Shown: one piece after another, positions 48,550-60,950 of the stretch
Numbering within the stretch: position 1 is the first letter of the stretch
Layout: the number at the start of each line of letters is the position of its first letter
Source: Chiloscyllium plagiosum
Lineage: Eukaryota
Direction of reading: 5' to 3'
Length of the DNA: 64,000 nt
Assembly: GCF_004010195.1 (NCBI RefSeq)
Contig: NC_057720.1
Coordinates: 4,971,776 to 5,035,775 of the forward strand
Made by a program: the position numbers and the translations under genes
The notes under the pieces: model-generated
Databases searched by the model: none
What the model was told of the DNA's origin: nothing
The model's input: only the letters and a program-made list of their open reading frames with translations

Positions 48550-49830
48550 GACGGACAGGATTGGAAATGAGGCTTTGCCAAAAGACTCTGAACAGTTAGC
48601 AGCTAAATTAAAATGCAGAGCTTCCACGGTCAAAATCTCAGTATTACTAGCCGAGTCATGGGCAAAGTGAAATCGGGTACACAAGATAATCGGGAAGTCA
48701 ACAAGATAGATATGTGAACACAGGGATGGGTGTGGGCAGAATGGCACTGGTACTGGGCTGGGGGGCGAGGGGGACATTTATGGTGGGTCTAACTTCACTT
48801 GAACAGTGTGGGAGGACTGGTGAATTGTCTAACTAGAGGCATAGAGAATGCTGTAAGCTAATTAGAGGGCTGAGGTTTAGGAGAGAGGATACATAATGCA
48901 GTATTACAGAACAGCTACTTGAATAACGTTATCCAAGTGAGACATGCAGGGACAGAGCATTCAAACACAAAAAAAAAGTAGCAATTTGAGTCAAAGCAGG
49001 GAGAAAGGTGAAAGGTCATAGTTAACAACAAAGATATAGGAAGGAAGATTCTGGGAAGGAGATCATGGTTAGCCAGTGAAGTGTGTAGAGGGTGGCATCA
49101 AATTGAAAAAGTAAAATACTAATGTGACAAAGATTAATGACAAATCAGAGCTTTGTGAACGTTTAAGAAGCAAAACTGACAACAAAGGGAAATAAACTTT
49201 GGGTGTAAACTAACAAGTAATATCAAAATAGACAGCAAGAGCTTCTTTAAATATGTAAAATGAGAGAGGACAAAGTGAACATGAGCCCCTTAGACAACAA
49301 GGCTGGGGACATTATAATATGGAACCAGGAAATGGCAGAGAATTGGATAAATACTTCACGAATACCACTGCAACATTTTTTTTAATGAAAGGAAGAAAAG
49401 TTAAAGATAATAACTATTTCTAGAGAAAAGATACTAGGAAGACTAATGGGGTTCAAGGTCAGCACACCCCTAGATCTGGTGGAATGTGCCCTAAAATTTT
49501 AAAGGAAGTAGCCAGAGATAGTGGAGGAATCATTCAAAAATCCTAGAATCCTGGAAAGGTTGCAGAGGATTAGAAAACTGAATGTATTCAAAATGGAAAG
49601 GAAATTAAAAAATATTAACTATATGCCAGCTAGCTTAACATCTGTAATTGGGAAAATGTTGGAATAGATTATAAAGGCATTTTTAAATATATAACATAAT
49701 CTGGCTAGGTCAGCATGGGGTCGTGAAGGGGAAACAATACTGAAAATGTATTTAAATTATTTGAGGAGCAACAAGCAGGATGAAGGGGAAGCAGTGGACA
49801 TAATATATTTAGATTTCCAAAAGGTATTTA
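48550..49830 (+). mobile_element. Old degraded CR1 (end of ORF1 and part of ORF2)
   Basis: gtcaaaatctcagtattactagcc (VxISxLL), gaaatggcagagaattggataaatactt, ttagatttccaaaaggtattt (LDFQK.F). Confidence 0.65.
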
Positions 49831-50419
49831 ATTAATTTATAGTTCTTTTGAAAGGTAGACTAAAGTAGTTTTCATCTAACTACACTGAAGTATAACTATG
49901 TAAATATGGAAACAGTGTTCCGGACTATTGCAATGAAATCAGCGCACTAAGGGATATCAGGTACATAGCGAAATAGCTTCCCAAGTGATAATCTATAAAT
50001 GAGAAATTGAATTAGTAATCTAGTTGAATGCTAATAAGCGATATTATATGTGAAATTTCTGTTTGACATGCCTCTGTCTCCTTAATTGATAATCCAGTAA
50101 CAGAACTGCATTGTTAGAAATTTCACGTTCTCAGGAATTTCAGTAAATTTGAGATTCAAGAGATAGAATTATACAATGGTGCAGGGTAGGAGGAAGCCAT
50201 TCACCAGTCACCTGAGTGAACTCTCCAACAACTTATGATACGAAAGTCGGAGGAGTTGTTGACAGTGAGGAAGCATGTGGCAGGTTACAGCAGGAAACTA
50301 TCCACTTTGTCGCATTTCCTGTATGCATTATTTAGATGTTCCATTTTTACAGACTTATCCACTTTTAAAATTATTGTGGATTCTGTTTCCACCCAGTATT
50401 TTGTTGGTTATAGAGTTAT

Positions 50420-50680
50420 AGAATTCAGACACTGTGGAAGCAGGTCATTCGGCCCATCGAGGCCACACCGACCCTCCGAAGAGCATCCCACCCCATCTCT
50501 GTAATTCCCACGGCCAATCCACCTAACCTGCACATCTTTGGACCGCAGCACCCAGAGGAAACGCACGCAGACACAGGGAGAATGTCCAAACTCCACACAG
50601 ACAGTAAACAGAGGGTGGAATCGAACCTGGGTCCCTAGCACTGTGATGCAGCAATGCTAACCACTGAGCCTTTGTGCTGT
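50420..50680 (-). mobile_element. HE1-like V-SINE
   Basis: Canonical body. Confidence 0.85.
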
Positions 50681-50969
50681 CCTTTTATTTTAGTATTTCA
50701 CATTAAGCAACCTTGTGCATTTAAACAAAAATCTTCTAACATCTCCCTTCATCCTTTGCAGTGGTTTTAATTTTCCTTTGTCCATTTATTATTCCCTTAT
50801 CAGACTCTCCCATGAATGTGAATGTATGTGTCACGTTTGGTCTTAGCCTTGGCTGTTCAAATTAATCTTTCCTCAGAACTACTGAAAGTTAACTCTGTGG
50901 TCATCCTTCAGACTGTAATATTTAAAAAATTCACTCATACATTTTACAAGAATATACTGTCCTATGAAT

Positions 50970-51443
50970 TATTTACAAGGATGTTGCCAGGGTTGGAGGA
51001 TTTGAGCTATAGGGAGAGACTGAACAGACTGTGGCTGTTTTCCCTGGAGCGTCGGAGGCTGAGGGGTGACCTTATAGAGGTTTACAAAATCATGAGGGGC
51101 ATGGATAGGATAAATAGACAAAGTCTTCTCCCTGGGGTCAGGGAGTCCAGAACTAGAGGGCATAGGTTTAGGGTGAGAGGGGAAAGATATAAAAGAGACC
51201 GAAGGGGCAACTCTTTCACACTGAGGGTGGTACGAGTATGGAATGAGCTGCCAGAGGAAGTGGTGGAGGCTGGTACAATTGCAACATTTAAAAGGCATTT
51301 GGATGGGTATATGAACAGGAAGGGTTTGGAGGGATATGGGCCGGATACTGGCAGATGGGACTAGATTGGGTTGGGATATCTGGTCGGCATGGACGGGTTG
51401 GACCGAAAGGTCTGTTTCCATGCTGTACATCTCTATGACTCTA
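50970..51443 (+). mobile_element. HER1-like CR1 3' end, young
   Basis: Unbroken FTRMLPGLEDLSYRERL...GYMNRKGLEGYG frame and tail. Confidence 0.95.
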
Positions 51444-51709
51444 TTGACTTAAAATTAGCTTTTAATATAAATATGCAACTAGACCAGTTAAATGTCCCAA
51501 ATACAGAGTGTTGGAGCTATAGCCTGTGATCTTACAAAATGTCAGGGTATCCTGAGAAATCCATAACAGTCAATGTCAGTGACGCAGAACGAGGCAAGTA
51601 TCAGTTGGAAACCTTTCTTACAACTCTTGACACCAGCCACTCCAATCCATTCCTAAACACCTTGGTGCAACCATCACAGCCTTAATTTGAATTTAATTTG
51701 GATAAAAGT

Positions 51710-52765
51710 GAGGGGTTGCATTTTGGTAGACCATACAAGGGCAGGACTTATGCAGTTAATGGTAGGGCCCAGGGAGAGTTGTAGAACAGAGGGACCTGGG
51801 GCTCAGGTACATAATTCTTTGAAATTTGCGTCACAGGTGGTTAAGGCAGCATTTAGCATGCTCACCTTCATTGCTCAGTCCTTTGAGTATAGGAGTTGGG
51901 ATGTCATATTGAGGTTGTACAGGATTTTGGTGAGGCCACTTGTGGAATACTGTGTGCAGTTTTGGTTGCCCTGTTATAGGGAGATAATTATTAAACTGGA
52001 GACGGTTCAGAAAAGATTTACGAGGCCAAGAATAGAGGGTTTGTATTATAACAAGAGGTTGGATAAGCAGGATCTTTGTTTATTGGAGCGTTGGATCAGT
52101 ATGAGTGACCTTATAGAAGTTGGGAAAATCATGAGGGGTTTTTATAAGGTGAATAGCAAAGCTCTATACCCTACTATGGGGGAGTTCAAAATTAGGGATG
52201 CATTTTTTAAGAATCATGGAACCCCTACAGTGTGCATTCAGCCCATCAAGTCCTCACTGACTCTCTGAAGAGCATCCATCCCAGAACCACTCCCACTACC
52301 CTATCCCTGTAACCTGCAAACCCCATGACTAACCCACCTAAAATACACATCCCTGGACACTATCGGAAATTTAGCCCAGCCAATGCACCTGACCTTCACA
52401 TCTTGGACTGTGGGAGGAAATCCACACAGACACTGGGAGAATGTACAAACTCCGCACAGTCACCCGAAAGTGGAATCAAATGCGGGTCCCTGGTGGTGTG
52501 AGGCAGCGGTGCTAACCACCTTAAAAACGAAAAGAGGGGGAACAGTTTTTACAGAGAGTGGTTAATGTGTGGAATGCACTGCCAGAGCAAGTGTTGGATG
52601 TGGGTACAGTGACAATGTTTGAAAGACATTTGGATAAGTACATGAATAGGAAAGGTTTGGAGAGATATGGGCCAATTGCACTCCAGCGGGACTAGTTTAG
52701 TTTGGGAAACTCGGTCAGTGTGAACTAGTGGGACCAAAGGGTCTGTTTCTATGTGCTATGAATCT
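51710..52765 (+). mobile_element. CR1 3' region split by an HE1-like SINE (52215-52520, -)
   Basis: LYRILVRPLVEYCVQFW..LETVQKRFTR. Confidence 0.88.
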
Positions 52766-53194
52766 AATTATCACATATCAGTCTACTTAATAAGAAACAG
52801 GTCCACGGTGTTGTAGGCAGGATATGAACATGGATAGGTGACTGGCTAACTAACAGAATGCATGGAGTTTCAGTGAGGGAACATTTTCAGGAAGGAACCT
52901 TCTAACTAGTGCTGGAGCCACAATTATTTCCAACATTTATTGAAGAGGAAGGTGAATGTACCATAACCAAGTTTGCAAATGACACAAAACTGGGTGGGAA
53001 GGCAAGTGCTGAGGAAGACAGAAGTCACAGAAGGTTATAGACAGCTTAAGTGAATGGACAAAAACTCAGCAGATGGAATAATAGCGTGGGAACATGTGAG
53101 GTCATGCATTTTGACGGGAAGAGGAGATAAATATTATTCAAATGGATTAAGACAGAGAAAACTGTAGCACATAATGATTTGCAGGGAATTATAG

Positions 53195-54532
53195 ACCAGG
53201 GAGCCTGACGTCTGAGGTGGGTTAGTGGTTGGAGGGAATCCTGAGGGACAGGATGTACATGTGTTTGGAAAGGCAAGTACTGACTCGGGATAGTCAACAT
53301 GGCTTTGTGGGTGGGAAACCATATCTCACTAACTGGATTGAGTTTTTTGAAGAAGTAACGAAGAGGATTGATGAGGGCAAAGCGGTAGATGTGATCTATA
53401 TGGACTTCAGTAAGGCATTCGACAAGGTTCCCCATGGGAAACTGATTAGCAAGGTTAGATCTCATGGAATACAGGGAGAACTAGCCATTTGGATGCAGAA
53501 CTGGCTCAAAGGTAGAAAACAGAGGGTAGTGGTGCGGGGTTGTTTTTCAGAATCGGTTGTGGGTCCACTACTTTTCATCATTTACACAAGTGATTTGGAT
53601 GCGAGTATAAGAGGTACAGTTAGTAAGTTTGCAGATGGCACCAAAATTGGAGGTGTAGTGGACAGTGAAGAGGGTTACCTCAGACTACAACAGGATCTGG
53701 ACTAGATGGACCAATGGGCTGAGGAGTGGCAGGTGGAGTTTAATTTAGATAAATGCAAGGTGTTCCATTTTGGGAAAGCAAATCTTAGCAGGACTTATAC
53801 ACTTAATGGTAAGGTCCTAGGGAATGTTGCTGAATAAAGAGACCTTGGACAGCAGGTTCATAGCTCCTTGAAAGTGGAGTCGCAGGTAGATAAGATAGTG
53901 AAGGCAGCATTTGGTATGCTTTCCGTTATTGGTCAGAGTATTGAGTACAGGAGTTGGGAGGTCATGTTGCGACTGTACAGGACATTGGTTAGGCCACTGT
54001 TAGAGTAGTGCGTGCAATTCTGGTCTCCTTCCTATTAGAAGGATGTTGTGAAACTTGAAAGGGTTCAAAAAAGATTTACAAGGATGTTGCCAGGGTTGGA
54101 GGATTTGAGCTACAGGGAGAGGCTGAACAGGCTGGGGCTGTTTTCCCTGGAGCATCAGAGGCTGAGGGGTGACCTTATAGAGGTTTACAAAATCATGAGG
54201 GGCATGGATAGGATAAATAGACAAAGTCTTTTCCCTCGGTTGGGGGAAGTCCAGAACTAGAGGGCATAGGTTTAGGGTGAGAGGGGAAAGATATGAAAGA
54301 GCCATCAGGGGAAACCTTTTTACAGAGGGTGGTACGTGTATGGAATGAGCTGCCAGAGGAACTGGCACAATTACAGCATTTAAAAGGCATTTGGATGGGT
54401 TTATGAACAGGAAGGGTTTGAAGGGATATGGGCCGGGTGCTGGCAGGTGGGACTAGATTGGGTTGGGATAAATCTGGTTGGCATGAACGGGTTGGACGAA
54501 GGGTCTGTTTCCATGTTGTACATCTCTATGAC
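53195..54532 (+). mobile_element. HER1-like CR1 RT and 3' end
   Basis: QHGFV, DVIYMDFSKAFDKVPHG, SKFADGTKIGG, KLERVQKRFTR. Confidence 0.95.
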
Positions 54533-54654
54533 TGTGTGTGTATACATGTCAGAAACTAGCAGGTCAGCAGGTAATGGGGAGGAGAAACAGAATGCTGGAT
54601 GCTAATTCAAAAGGATTGGGCTATAAAATAGAAAGTTTTGCCAAAGTTGTACAA

Positions 54655-56715
54655 GGTTTTTTAGGAAAGACTTTAGACATATAGAATGGGGTAGCAAAAT
54701 GCAGGGATGGGGACAATCAAAATGTGGAGCTGGTTTAAGGAACAGAAATTGCACGTCCATGATCGGTATGTCTCTGTCAGGCAGGGAGGAAGTGATAAGG
54801 GAAGGGAACCGTGGTTTACTAAAGAAATTGCATCTGTTGTTAAACAGAAGGAGGAGGTTCATGGGACGATGAGATGAGATGGTTCAGATGCGACGATGGA
54901 GAGTTACAGGTCAGCTAGGAAGGATTTAAAGAGAGAGTTAAGAGGAGCAAAGAGAGGACATGAGCAGTCTTTAGCTGGTAGAATAAAGGAGAACCCTAAA
55001 GCTTTCTATAGGTATGTGAGGAATAAATGGATGACAAGGGTAGGAATAGGGCCAAAGACAGAAGTGGGAAGTTGTGTGGACCCTGTGGAGATTGGAGAGG
55101 TGCTTAGCAAATATTTCTCATCGGTTTTCACACAGGAAAAGGAAAATATTGTAGAGGAGAATGAGATACGAGATATTAGACTAGAAAAGATCGAGGTTAG
55201 TAAGGACGAGGTGTTATCAATTTGAGAAGGAGTGAAAGTAGACAAGTCCCCTGGGCCAGATGGGATTTATCCGAGGATTCTCTGGGAAGCTGGGGAGGAG
55301 ATGGCGGAGCCTGAGTCATCATTGTCTATAGGTTTAGTACCAGAGGAGTAGAGGATTGCAAATGTTGTGCCCTTGTTCAAGAAGGGCAGTAGAGGAGATG
55401 ACCCAGATAATTATAGACCAGTGAGCCTCACGTCTGTTGTAGGAAAGGTTTTGGAAAGGATAATAAGAGATAGGATTTATAAACATCTAGCAAGCAACAA
55501 TTTGATTTCAGATAGTCAACATGGTTTCGTTAAGGGCAGGTCGTGTCTCACAAACCTCAGGTTTTTGAGAAGGTGACCAACCATGTAGATGAGAGTAGGG
55601 CAGTTGATGTGGCATACATGGACTTCAGTAAAGCCTTCAAGGTTCCACATGGTAGGCTGTTGGAGAAAATGCAGAGGCATGGGATTGAGGGTGATTTAGC
55701 AGTTTGGATTAGAAACTGGCTTTCTGAAAGAAGGCAGTGAGTGGTGGTCGATGGAAAATATTCAGCCTGGAGTCCGGTTACTAGTGGTGTGCAACAAGAA
55801 TCTGTTTTTATAAATGACTTAGATGCAGGCATCAGTGGATGGGTTAGTAAATTTGCAGATGACGCACGGTGGAGTAGTAGACTGTGTGGAAGAAAGTTGC
55901 AGGTTGCAGGGGGACTTGGATAAACTGCAGAATTGGGCTGAGAGGTGGCAAATGGAATGCAATACTGCTAAATGTGAGGTGGTGCACTTTGGGAAGAATA
56001 ACAGGAAGGCAGAGTACTGGGTCAATGGAAAGATTCTTGGTGTGGATGTGCAGAGGGAGCTTGGAGTCCACGTACATAGATCCCTGAAAGTTGCCACCCA
56101 GGTTGATAGTGCTGTTAAGAAGGCATACGGTGTGTTAGGTTTTAGTGGTAGAGGAATGGAGTTCCGGAACCGCAATGTCATGCTGCAACTATATAAAATG
56201 CTGGTGCGGCCACACTTGGAATATTGTGTACAGTTCTATTTCGGGAAGGATGTGGAAGCATTGGAAAAGGTGTAGAGGAGATTTACCAGGATGTTGCCTG
56301 GTCTGGAGGGAAGGTCTTATGAGGAAAGGCTGAGAGACTTGGGTCTGTTCTCCTTGGAAAGGCGGCGGCTAAGGGGGGATTTGATAGAGACATACAAGAT
56401 GATCAGAGGATTAGATAGGGTAGACAGTGAGAGTCTTTTTCCTAGGATGATGATGTCGTTTTGTACGAGGGGGTTTAACAACAAATTGAGGGGGTGATAG
56501 ATTTAAAACAGATGTTAGAGGCAGGTACTTTACTCAGAGTGGTAATGCCCTACTTGCCAATGTAGTCAACACGTTAGGGAGATTTAAACAATCCTTGGAT
56601 AAGCACATGGATAATGATGGGATAGTGTAGGTGGATGGGCTTAGATTAGTTCACAGTTCGGGGCAAAATTGAGGGCCGAAGGCCCTGTGCTGCGCTGCAT
56701 TGTTCTATGTTCTCT
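54655..56715 (+). mobile_element. CR1 ORF2, same subfamily as 31225-34320 but opposite orientation
   Basis: Shared peptides EENEIRDIRLE, HLASNNLISDSQHGFVKGRSC, LLEKMQRHGIEGDL; same tail. Confidence 0.95.
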
Positions 56716-56849
56716 ACATTCTCAGGCACTGGTCAGATCACTGCTGGAATAGTGCGACACATTTTGATCCCCTTATCTAAGGAAATATTTACAGACATTG
56801 GAGGCAGTCCAAAGGAGGTTCACTAGACCGATACCAAGTAGAAATTTGG

Positions 56850-57170
56850 GTGGCATGGTGGCTCGGTGGTTAGCACTATTGCCTCACAGCACCAGAGAGA
56901 GAGAGAGAGCCGGGTGACTGTGTGGAGTTTACACATTCTCCCTGTGTCTGCGTGGGTTTCCTCCGGGTGCTCCAGTTTCCCCCCACAGTCCAAAGATGTG
57001 AAGGTTAGGGGAACTGGCCATGGGAAATTGCCCCTAGTGTTCAGCGATGTGTTGGTTAGGTACATTAGTCAGGGGAAATATAGGGTAATAGGGTAGGTAA
57101 TGGGGAGGGTTGTTGTGGACTTGTTGGGCTTCATGGCCTGTTTCTACACTGTAGGGAATCTACGATTCTA
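56850..57170 (+). mobile_element. HE1-like V-SINE with internal (GA)n
   Basis: Canonical head and body; agagagagagagag replaces the B-box region. Confidence 0.88.
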
Positions 57171-57619
57171 TGAATAATTTGGGTCTGTGCTCACTGGAGT
57201 TTAGAAGATGGAGAGGTGTCCTTGCTGAAATGGGTTCATGCGAATGCGACAGAGAGCGAGAGCGCATGAGCATGAGAGTAAAGGGAATCAAGGGTTTTGG
57301 GAAAAAGATAGGAAAGTGGAGTTGAGGGTTTTCAGATCAGGCACGATCTCATTGAATGGCACAGCAGACTCAATGGGCTGAATGGCCTACTTCAGCTCCT
57401 AAGTCTTAATGGCTGACGGCAGCCCCAAATCAGAGTAATGCTGAAACTGGTCAGGTTCCATGTAGAATGTAGAGTCTGTTCCCTGTCAGCACACTTTAGG
57501 AAGAACACGCAGGTTGAGGAGGTGTGGAGGAGGTTGATCAGAATGGGTCCAGGAGTGAGGGGAGTATTAGCTACAGGGTAAGGCTAGAGAAGCTGTGAAT
57601 GCTTGACTTGGAGCTAAGG

Positions 57620-57750
57620 CTTCCTGATGAAGGGCTTTTGCCCGAAACGTCGATTTTCCTGCTCCTCGGATACTGCCTGACCTGGTGTGCTTTTCCAGCA
57701 CCACTCTGATCTAAACACTGGTTTCCAGCATCTGCAGTCCTCACTTTTGC
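57620..57750 (+). mobile_element. PLE mini-element family A, single-strand form, 13-bp TSD, intact hammerhead core at 57624-57651
   Basis: TSD cttggagctaagg (57607-57619, 57751-57763); CTGATGA-A-GGGC-TTTT-GCCC-GAAA-CG-TC. Confidence 0.88.
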
Positions 57751-58682
57751 CTTGGAGCTAAGGGTGACATGATTGATGGGTAAAAGACTGTGACGGTTTA
57801 GATAAGGCAGATTAGGACAAACTGATCCCATTTGGATAGACAAAGGGTCACAGGCTTAAGGTTCCAGACACATAGGAGTTGGGGCAGGAATTTGAGGAAT
57901 AAATTCTGGAAATCACTGCCCCTGGGGAACCAATGGAAGTAGAGATGAAAAAGAGTTTTCAGAAACTGGCGGGTACTCGAGGGGAATGAATTTGTGGGAC
58001 TACGGGAGTCAAAAGAGGGAGCGAGACTGACAGAAATGCTTTGCAGGGAGTCAGCGTTAACCTAATGGTCTCACTGTGTCAAAAATAACTCAATGATTTG
58101 GAGAGGGATGAGGCTGGTGACAGGACAGTCATTTGCAAGGGCACAAGTGTCAATGGTTCAATTTTTTTTGGGGGGGGGGGTGGAAATGGGGAAGCAAACT
58201 TAAAAAAAACCAAGAGAGAGAACTGCTTATCATGGCGGCTAAGATAGGGACTAGGAGGGGATACTGGGTAACCAGGAGGTTCATGAGAATGGGGTGGGAG
58301 TTTACAGACAAGGTAAACCTGGAGAGAGAGCATGGAGGGAGATGTAGGGAAAGGTATGGGTTCAGGGCTTAGATGGGAGAGAGGTGGTAGGCAAGAAATG
58401 TACAACTAATTGTGGAATTGTAGCATCGGTGACTGCTCCTGGGCAATCAGTTGATTTGTTTTTGATGGGGTTACTCAGAGAAGGAATGTTGACTGGAACA
58501 CCGGATTAACTCCTGCCTTTCTTTATTTCCCAGTTAAGAGCCATTGGATACAATGCACCAAACACAGGCCAAAGGGATTGGCTTAGTTTGGCAAACTTGG
58601 CTGGCATGGATAGGTTAACCTGAAGGGTCTGTTTCCGTACTGTGCGACTCAATGACTCAAGCACTGAGGGCTTTCATTTCAA

Positions 58683-58800
58683 TAGCTCATCTGTGAAAGG
58701 GCACTCTCAGCAATGTGGTACTCCCTCAGCTGGCACTGAAATGCCAGCAGAATGCAGCAGTCTGCTCGAGTGCTCCATGGGGAAGTGGGATTTGAACACA
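58683..58800 (-). mobile_element. DeuSINE-like (SacSINE1/AmnSINE1-type) relic
   Basis: ctcatc..aaagggcac..cagcaatgtggtactccctcag..gcactgaaatgccagc..gtgggatttgaac. Confidence 0.55.
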
Positions 58801-58850
58801 GAGAGCAGAATCAATTAGGATTCTATCCAGCTGCTCCTCCCATTCACAGC

Positions 58851-58870
58851 CACACACACACACACACACA
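58851..58870 (+). repeat. (CA)10 microsatellite
   Basis: Perfect run 20 nt from the exon A donor. Confidence 0.95.
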
Positions 58871-58890
58871 TACAAAATAAAAACTCCAAC

Positions 58891-59029
58891 CTGGAGTACT
58901 GTTCCATTCTTCGATATCCTTTAGTTCTGCTTCCATACACTCGCTGTCAGGAGAGGCTGCAGCTGCCGGAGGGTTAATTAACAAAGCATTCGCTTCAATT
59001 GCTTCCTCTTTCAGAGTCCTCGTGTATCC
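58891..59029 (-). CDS. Internal coding exon A of an unidentified minus-strand gene (139 nt, phase 0 to 1): GYTRTLKEEAIEANALLINPPAAAASPDSECMEAELKDIEEWNSTP
   Basis: Acceptor cttgtgtttccattgcag|GGA and donor CCAG|gttgga; non-repetitive sequence; only one frame is open; phase matches exon B. Confidence 0.7.
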
Positions 59030-59284
59030 CTGCAATGGAAACACAAGATTCTCAAGAGCCAGGAGTCACTGTAACTCTCTGCCGCCTGTTTCTCTCAGGT
59101 TCACAGCGATATGCACTCACATTTCCAAACCGTCACCCACAATGCCCCAGATGTGCATACGAGCTGTGCACTGCTCGGAGTAAAATGAACAAAGACCTTG
59201 CAACTGAATCACACATTTCACAAAACCAGAGATAAAGCATGTTGAAGCTGGTTATTGACTGACTTCAAACAGTGGATGGTGAGT

Positions 59285-59476
59285 TAAGGAACGAGCTGCC
59301 AGAGGAAGTGGTAGGTGCAGGTAAAGTTATAACATTTGAAAGACATTTGGACAGGTACACGAACAGGGAAGGTTTAGAGGGACAGGGGCCAAACACAGGC
59401 AAATGGGGCTTGTTCAGTTTGGGAAACCTGGCCAGTATGGACGAGTTGGGCCGAAGGTGCTGTGCGACTCTATGAC
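59285..59476 (+). mobile_element. HER1-like CR1 tail
   Basis: RNELPEEVV..TFERHLDRY. Confidence 0.85.
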
Positions 59477-59608
59477 TAACATACAGGAAGTGTGTGCAAG
59501 GATGGGCGAGAGGTCAATGTTAGCAAGGACATTGAGGACATCATCCTGCTCTCAAAATGAAACAGAACCTCTGCTATCTTATGTGTCTAGCTGAAAAGGC
59601 AATTGTAA

Positions 59609-59772
59609 CAGCTCATCTGACAGACAGCATCTCTGGCGCTGCGGCACTCTGTCAGCCCTGCACTGGTACATCAGCCAGGATTCTGAGCTCAGATCTCTGG
59701 ACTGGGATTTGAATTTGAATTCCCAATCCCTGAATGCAAAGTAGGATTCCCACCCAGAGACACTGCTGATAC
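59609..59772 (-). mobile_element. DeuSINE-like relic
   Basis: ctcatctgacagacagcatctc...gcggcactc..tcag..ctgcactgg..atcagcc.ggatt.tgagctca...ctgggatttgaa. Confidence 0.65.
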
Positions 59773-60028
59773 AAACTAATGAAATTCCATTTGTAATTTT
59801 GAACCTTGCAAACTTTAGATCGATAGGATTTGGTGTCATCGTGACTCCAGTGGTTTGTAAAACTACGGAATTTGGTTCATTATGTCTGCATTGTGGGGAA
59901 AAATAGCTTTTGCATTAAAAAAGGAAGAGTTGTACTGTTTAAGGTTGTTAGCTTCATTAGAAAGGGAGGTTATGAGTGTAGGAAATAGGAACTGGAGTAA
60001 GGCATTCCGGCCTTTGCACCTGACCCAC

Positions 60029-60754
60029 TGTTATGAAGCTGTAGGTGTGTACTGTACCTTTAAGAGAGTTGAAAAGCTAGCAAGGATTGACCGAAAGAGT
60101 GTCCTAAACAAGGTCAAAATGGAACACTTGGTCAAACAAATAGCTGGAGTTGTGTGGAAGAAAAACAAATCCAAATTTGGCCAATCAGTTTGAATGATGT
60201 CCCAAGATACAAAAATCCAATCGAATTTAAAATATGTTTTTTATGACATCAAAACCAACGAAATGTTCTGATGTGTAGGGGTATAAAACTGGACCTTTTG
60301 AACTATTAGGAGGAGAACTGCCAAGCAACAACAAGTATAGACTGCCAGATGACTAGCTTTCCGAAGGATAGCTGTTCATATGGAAACCTGTGCAGCAGAA
60401 TACTAAAGAAAAGATGAAAGAGGAAAATCTGCAGAGGAGGATATAAAGAGAAGATTCGATAGCTGGCTGGATTTGAAAGTTGAACTTTTTTTGTAAATCT
60501 TAATCAGGGGTTTTAAATCGGACCAGTATTGTAGGGTGGGAGAGAAAAGATAGGTTTAAGAGAAAGGAGTTGTAGATAGCTGTTGTTTTGAATGTTCTCT
60601 GTTGGACTTAAAGAATAACATTGTAAATTTTTACTTTAAATAGTGACCTCTAGGATAGTTCTTTGCCTCTCGAACTTTTAACAGATCACAGCGCGATGTG
60701 AGCCTGTGTGTGTCAGGTTTAAACCAGCAGAGGCATTTACCCTGTGTCATAACA
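60029..60754 (+). mobile_element. Solo LTR (726 bp)
   Basis: TGTTATGA...TCATAACA inverted termini; near-TSD cccac/ctcac; internal TATAAAA; interrupts a CR1 tail that resumes afterwards. Confidence 0.8.
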
Positions 60755-60771
60755 CTCACATTCAATATGAT

Positions 60772-60950
60772 TGCAGAATAGAGTGGCACTGGAAAAGCAC
60801 AGCAGGTTAGGCAGCATCCGAGCAGGAAAATCAACGTTTTGGGAAAATCAGATTTTCCTGCTCCTCAGATGCTGCCTGACCTGCTGTGCTTTTCCAGCAC
60901 CACTCTAATCTCAACTCTGATCTCCAACATCTGCAGTACCCATTTTCGCC
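60772..60950. mobile_element. PLE mini-element family A, fold-back, 11-bp TSD
   Basis: TSD ttcaatatgat (60761-60771, 60951-60961); ctggaaaagcacagcagg / cctgctgtgcttttccag arms. Confidence 0.8.

Noticed and set aside
58891..59029. Assigning a gene name to the host exons (considered MAPT/MAP2, ANK1 tail, PKD2L1)
   Set aside because: No convincing sequence match recognised; needs a database search.
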